Shown: positions 59,700 to 64,000 of the stretch, in pieces
Layout of the letters: each line of letters begins with the position of its first letter
Position numbering within the stretch: the stretch's first letter is position 1
NCBI GenBank assembly: GCA_902490335.1
Contig: CABUDL010000007.1
Coordinates: forward strand, 5,317-69,316
Reading direction: 5' to 3'
DNA: 64,000 nt
DNA from: an uncultured Clostridium sp.
Lineage (GTDB): Bacteria > Bacillota > Clostridia > Oscillospirales > Ruminococcaceae
The notes under the pieces: generated by a model
What the model was told of the DNA's origin: nothing
The model's input: only the letters and a program-made list of their open reading frames with translations
The model's database searches: none
Translations under genes and position numbers: made by a program

Positions 59700-60085
59700 C
59701 GCTGCCCTCCGTCGGTGTCCTGTTCATTCAGAAAGGATTTGATGTGGTCAAAGGTTTCTTCGCTGATGATATGTTCGATGCGGCAGGCATCGGCTGCTGC
59801 GGTGTCGGCAGAAATCCCGAGGACATCCTCCAAAAACCGGCAGAGGGTGCAGTGGCGCTCGTAGATTGCCTCCGCCTTTTGCCGTCCTTCTCGAGTCAGC
59901 AGAATCAGATTGTTTTTATCCATTGTGATATAACCGGCAGAGCGCAGGATGCTCATGGCGCGGCTGACACTGGGTTTGGAAAACGCCAGTTCGTTTGCAA
60001 TGTCGATGGAACGGACCGTTCCGTTTTTCTGTTCCAGCATCAAAATGGTTTCCAGGTAATTTTCACCGGATTCCTGTATCTTCAA
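59696..60085 (-). CDS. DtxR/MntR family metal-dependent regulator
   Basis: ESGENYLETI, SKPSVS, IYERH, DACRIEH; TTG start. Confidence 0.92.
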   Translation of the reverse strand: MKIQESGENYLETILMLEQKNGTVRSIDIANELAFSKPSVSRAMSILRSAGYITMDKNNLILLTREGRQKAEAIYERHCTLCRFLEDVLGISADTAAADACRIEHIISEETFDHIKSFLNEQDTDGGQR

Positions 60086-60480
60086 GGCAGTATCTCTCCC
60101 TTCCAATCTCTGTGCAGTCAGCAAAGACAGAGCAGATTTGTTTGCTCCTATTTTAACATAATTGACGACAGCTTTCAAGGGAAGGAAAAGGGATAGGGTT
60201 TTTAGCGTTATATAAAGGAAACAATTGAATGGATTACGGCTTATCATGGGGGTGAAGATGGAGGATAAAATAAAAAGGAATTTTAGCTGACTGCCAAAAG
60301 TTTGCGCTTGGCAAACGCAAGGGCAGAAGAGGAAAAGCTTGTGTCTTAACCGTAAAAAGGAGATTGACAGCCCTGCTGCTTTGACTTAAAATAGAATACA
60401 GAAAGAAGTCCCTGTGCACAAGGTCTGTTTTTGGTCTTGCGGCAGAGGGAATGAGGATATTGAGTTTAAAGGAGTTCATA

Positions 60481-61473
60481 ATGGAAAAGGGAATCAGAAT
60501 ACAGAAGGTCCTTTCGGAGCAGGGGATTGTATCCCGAAGAAAGGCAGAGGAATGGATTGAGCAGGGCAAAATCAAAATCAACGGTCGTCCTGCGGCGCTG
60601 GGACAGAAGATCAATCCGAACCGCGATGTCGTGACCATCGACGGCGAGCGGGTCTATTTTCAGAAGAGCAGCCAGAAATACTATATCATGCTCAACAAGC
60701 CGCGCGGCTTTGTGACCACCATGAACGATGAGTTGGGCAGAAGATGCGTAGCGGAGCTGGTGGAGGATGTGCCGGAGCGGGTGTACCCCATCGGCAGACT
60801 GGACAAGGACAGCGAAGGCTTGCTGTTGTTTACCAACGACGGCGAATTTGCCAACCTTATCATGCACCCAAGCCACCATGTTTCCAAGACCTACCGCGTC
60901 ACCGTGCGCCCGGAAATCAGCGACGCACAGGTGGTCCGTCTGTCCACCGGTGTGGAAATCGACGGCAAAAAGACCAGTCCTGCCCATGTGACCGTATTGG
61001 AAAAGCAGCCGGGCAGGGTGGTGCTGCAGGTTGTGATTTATGAAGGAAGAAACCGACAGGTCAGAAAGATGTGCGAGGCGGTCGGGCTGGAGGTAGCCAG
61101 ACTCAAACGCACAGCAGTAGGACCGCTGAAATTGGGAATGCTGGCTCCCGGAAAATGGAGAGAGCTGCGTCCGGGAGAAATCGGGATGCTGCGCAACGCC
61201 ATCAAAGCGTCCTCCGGTGCGCCGGAGGTGCTGGGTGACCTGGACGAGGATATTCTGAGCAGCGCTGCCCACAAGGCTGCACCGGCAGGCAAAATCCAAT
61301 ATAACGCACAGGGCAAACCGCGCCGCAATTTTGAGCAGGAGCGGAAAGGCGGCAAAGGCGGACAGCAGCGTTCCAATGCTTCCTTCCAGAAAGGGTACCC
61401 ACCGCGCGGCACAAAACCGCAGTCGAAGGGTGCGGGCAGAAAACCCTTCACCAAAAAAGGCTCGGGAATGTAA
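60481..61473 (+). CDS. rluB: 23S rRNA pseudouridine synthase (RluB family)
   Basis: S4 domain, NKPRG, GRLDKDSEGLLL, EGRNRQVRKM; basic tail. Confidence 0.92.
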   Translation: MEKGIRIQKVLSEQGIVSRRKAEEWIEQGKIKINGRPAALGQKINPNRDVVTIDGERVYFQKSSQKYYIMLNKPRGFVTTMNDELGRRCVAELVEDVPERVYPIGRLDKDSEGLLLFTNDGEFANLIMHPSHHVSKTYRVTVRPEISDAQVVRLSTGVEIDGKKTSPAHVTVLEKQPGRVVLQVVIYEGRNRQVRKMCEAVGLEVARLKRTAVGPLKLGMLAPGKWRELRPGEIGMLRNAIKASSGAPEVLGDLDEDILSSAAHKAAPAGKIQYNAQGKPRRNFEQERKGGKGGQQRSNASFQKGYPPRGTKPQSKGAGRKPFTKKGSGM

Positions 61474-61570
61474 ACCGGAAAAGCAAGAGTGAACTTACAA
61501 AGCGCGGGCAGACAAACAGCCTGCGCTTTTTCTGCTTTTAAAAGGAACAAACAGAAGGGAAGGACCTTGT

Positions 61571-62101
61571 ATGGAGATAACCTTTGTCCGTCATGGACAG
61601 ACCGAGTGGAACAGCCTGGGAAAACAGCAGGGCAGGGCGGACATCCCGCTCAACAGCCGGGGAATCGAGCAGGCAAAGCAGACCGCGCAGCTGCTGGCTG
61701 ACCGGCAGTTTGACCGGGTATACTGCTCCCCGCTGCAAAGGGCAAAGCAGACAGCGCAGATTATCTGCGAAAACCGGCAGACACCCATTTTCTATGAGCC
61801 GCGCATCGCCGAGCGGGATATGGGAGAGTTTCAGGGAAAGCACTGGGATGAGTTTGATACCCGGGCATTTTGGGATTATGCAGCAAATCACCACTATCAG
61901 CAGGCGGAGAACATCCGTGATTTTTACGACCGCGTCTACAATTTTCTGGATGAGCTGAAAGGTAAGCCGGGAAGGGTGCTGCTGGTTTCTCACGGGGGCG
62001 TGTTTGCGCCGGTGAGCAGCTATGCGGGCAGAAGCAAAAAAGAGGACAACCTGATTGACAATCTGCTGGAGAATGCGCAGGCGTTCACCTTTGTGATTTA
62101 A
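61571..62101 (+). CDS. Histidine phosphatase family protein
   Basis: RHGQT, SPLQRA.QTA, VSHGG. Confidence 0.92.
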   Translation: MEITFVRHGQTEWNSLGKQQGRADIPLNSRGIEQAKQTAQLLADRQFDRVYCSPLQRAKQTAQIICENRQTPIFYEPRIAERDMGEFQGKHWDEFDTRAFWDYAANHHYQQAENIRDFYDRVYNFLDELKGKPGRVLLVSHGGVFAPVSSYAGRSKKEDNLIDNLLENAQAFTFVI

Positions 62102-62118
62102 TGTAAGGAGGAAAGAAA

Positions 62119-62652
62119 ATGAAAACGATTCATATTGAAGTCAACGACTTTTTGGCAGCCGTCATCGGGATTGCAGCCGGTGTGCTGCTGGTGGCTTTTC
62201 CACAGGAATCGCTCAATGTCATCACCTATGGGATTGGAATTATCGCGCTGGTGTACGGCGTGCTGCGCATCATCAGCTATTTTCGCAACAAGAGCCTTTC
62301 TCCGTTTTTTGCAGGAGAGCTGTTTTTAGGGATTGTGCTGGTAGCCATCGGACTGTTTTCCTTCCTCAATCCGGGCGGCATCTTTGCGGTGCTGCCGATT
62401 GTGCTGGGTATCCTGGTGCTGGTGGAAGGTATCTCCAAGCTGCAAAGAGGGCTGATGCTCAAAAATTACGGCTATCAGCGCTGGGTGGCAGCGACAGTAG
62501 TTGCAGGGTGCATCATCGCACTGGGCATCCTTTTGATTTTTAACCCGTTTAACGCCCTGGTCATCACCATGCGGGTGCTGGGGATTGTGTTGGCAGCCGA
62601 TGGAATTGCAGGACTGTGGGTCAACTTTATCATCAAACGATATTATCAGTAA
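62119..62652 (+). CDS. DUF308/HdeD family membrane protein
   Basis: Six hydrophobic helices in two repeats each with a P-turn. Confidence 0.8.
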   Translation: MKTIHIEVNDFLAAVIGIAAGVLLVAFPQESLNVITYGIGIIALVYGVLRIISYFRNKSLSPFFAGELFLGIVLVAIGLFSFLNPGGIFAVLPIVLGILVLVEGISKLQRGLMLKNYGYQRWVAATVVAGCIIALGILLIFNPFNALVITMRVLGIVLAADGIAGLWVNFIIKRYYQ

Positions 62653-62673
62653 TCGAAAAAGGAGAGGACTGCC

Positions 62674-64000
62674 ATGCCAAGCTATATCCTTGCACTGGAC
62701 CAGGGAACCACCAGTTCCCGCGCTATTTTGTTCGATGAACAGCAGAATATCATCGGGATTGCACAGAAGGAATTTACCCAGCATTATCCAAAGGAAGGCT
62801 GGGTGGAGCACGACCCGATGGAAATTTATTCCTCGCAGTATGCGGTGATGATGGAGGTCATCGCAAAAAGCGGGGTGGAGGTTTCGGATATTCGGGGAAT
62901 CGGCATCACCAACCAGAGGGAAACGACCATCCTGTGGGATGCAAAGACCGGCAGACCGGTCTACAACGCAATCGTCTGGCAGTGCCGCAGAACAGCAGAC
63001 CGGATTGATGCGCTCAGCAAGCAGGGATTGGACGGATATATCCGGCAGACGACGGGATTGATACCGGACGCTTATTTTTCTGCCACCAAAATCGCATGGA
63101 TATTGGACCACATCCCGAACGGAAGGGAGCGGGCAAAGGCGGGAGAAATTTTATTTGGAACGGTGGACAGCTGGCTGATTTGGAAGCTGACCGGCGGCAA
63201 GGTCCATGTGACCGACTACACCAATGCTTCCCGCACCATGCTGTACAACATCCACACCCTTGATTGGGACGAAAAGCTGCTGGAGGTGCTGGATATTCCG
63301 CGCTGTATGCTGCCGCAGGTGCGCAACAGCAGCGAGGTGTACGGCTATACCACCATCCAGGGGGAGAATATCCCCATCGCAGGTATTGCAGGCGACCAGC
63401 AGGCGGCGCTGTTTGGTCAGTGCTGCTTCCAAAAGGGACAGGCAAAGAATACCTATGGGACCGGCTGCTTTTTGCTGATGAACACCGGCGATACCCCTTG
63501 CATGAGCCAGAACGGGCTGCTGACCACCATTGCCATCGGACTGGATGGAAAGGTGCAGTATGCGCTGGAGGGCAGTGTCTTTGTGGGCGGTGCGGTCATT
63601 CAGTGGCTGCGCGACGAGATGCGGTTCATCACCGAGTCCAAGGATGCGGAATATTACGCACAGAAGGTGGAGGACACCGGCGGGGTGTACCTGGTGCCTG
63701 CCTTTACCGGACTGGGTGCGCCGCACTGGGATATGTATGCCCGCGGCTGCATCATCGGCATCACCAGAGGGACCAAGAGGGAACACATCATCCGTGCGGC
63801 ACAGGAGTCGATTGCCTACCAGAGCTATGACCTGGTCAAAGCGATGGAAAAGGATACCGGAATCCCGCTGGACAGCTTGAAGGTGGACGGAGGAGCCAGC
63901 CGCGACCGATTCCTGATGCAGTTCCAGGCGGATATTCTTGGCTGCAAGGTGGACCGCCCGATGATTCGGGAAACAACGGCGCTGGGCGCAGCTTACCTTG
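62674..64000 (+). CDS. glpK: Glycerol kinase (runs off the window end; not in ORF track)
   Basis: [48 protein letters not shown]. Confidence 0.96.
   Translation, partial: MPSYILALDQGTTSSRAILFDEQQNIIGIAQKEFTQHYPKEGWVEHDPMEIYSSQYAVMMEVIAKSGVEVSDIRGIGITNQRETTILWDAKTGRPVYNAIVWQCRRTADRIDALSKQGLDGYIRQTTGLIPDAYFSATKIAWILDHIPNGRERAKAGEILFGTVDSWLIWKLTGGKVHVTDYTNASRTMLYNIHTLDWDEKLLEVLDIPRCMLPQVRNSSEVYGYTTIQGENIPIAGIAGDQQAALFGQCCFQKGQAKNTYGTGCFLLMNTGDTPCMSQNGLLTTIAIGLDGKVQYALEGSVFVGGAVIQWLRDEMRFITESKDAEYYAQKVEDTGGVYLVPAFTGLGAPHWDMYARGCIIGITRGTKREHIIRAAQESIAYQSYDLVKAMEKDTGIPLDSLKVDGGASRDRFLMQFQADILGCKVDRPMIRETTALGAAYL

Noticed and set aside
1..64000. CRISPR arrays, IS elements, prophage or defence genes
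   Set aside because: No regularly spaced repeats, transposase, integrase or phage hallmark genes were seen

Overview
Chromosomal window from a moderately GC-rich, probably spore-forming Clostridia bacterium (Oscillospiraceae/Ruminococcaceae-like, inferred from gene content). It opens with tRNA-Ala and an FkbM methyltransferase, then the conserved Firmicutes block yicC-remA-gmk-rpoZ-priA-def-fmt-(Zn peptidase)-rsmB-rlmN-prpC-prkC-rsgA-thiN-spoVM-prmA-rsmE. Next come leuA, hpf, potABCD, a P-type ATPase/DhaS-like TetR locus, nrdD-nrdG, a duplicated pyroglutamyl-peptidase/DUF969/DUF979 cluster, tRNA-Pro and assorted housekeeping genes, ending in a partial glpK. No CRISPR array, transposase or integrase was seen. 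Most notable: (1) the anaerobic ribonucleotide reductase is split, with the glycyl-radical motif (RITGYL) on a separate 54-aa ORF missed by the ORF track; (2) a duplicated pyroglutamate module sits beside a creatininase-family hydrolase, with no pxpABC in the window; (3) a DhaS-like regulator has two GGACA-N12-TGTCC palindromes, upstream of a P-type ATPase and of a radical-SAM-like protein lacking its Fe-S motif; (4) two candidate sRNAs. All calls come from reading motifs by eye; no searches were run.
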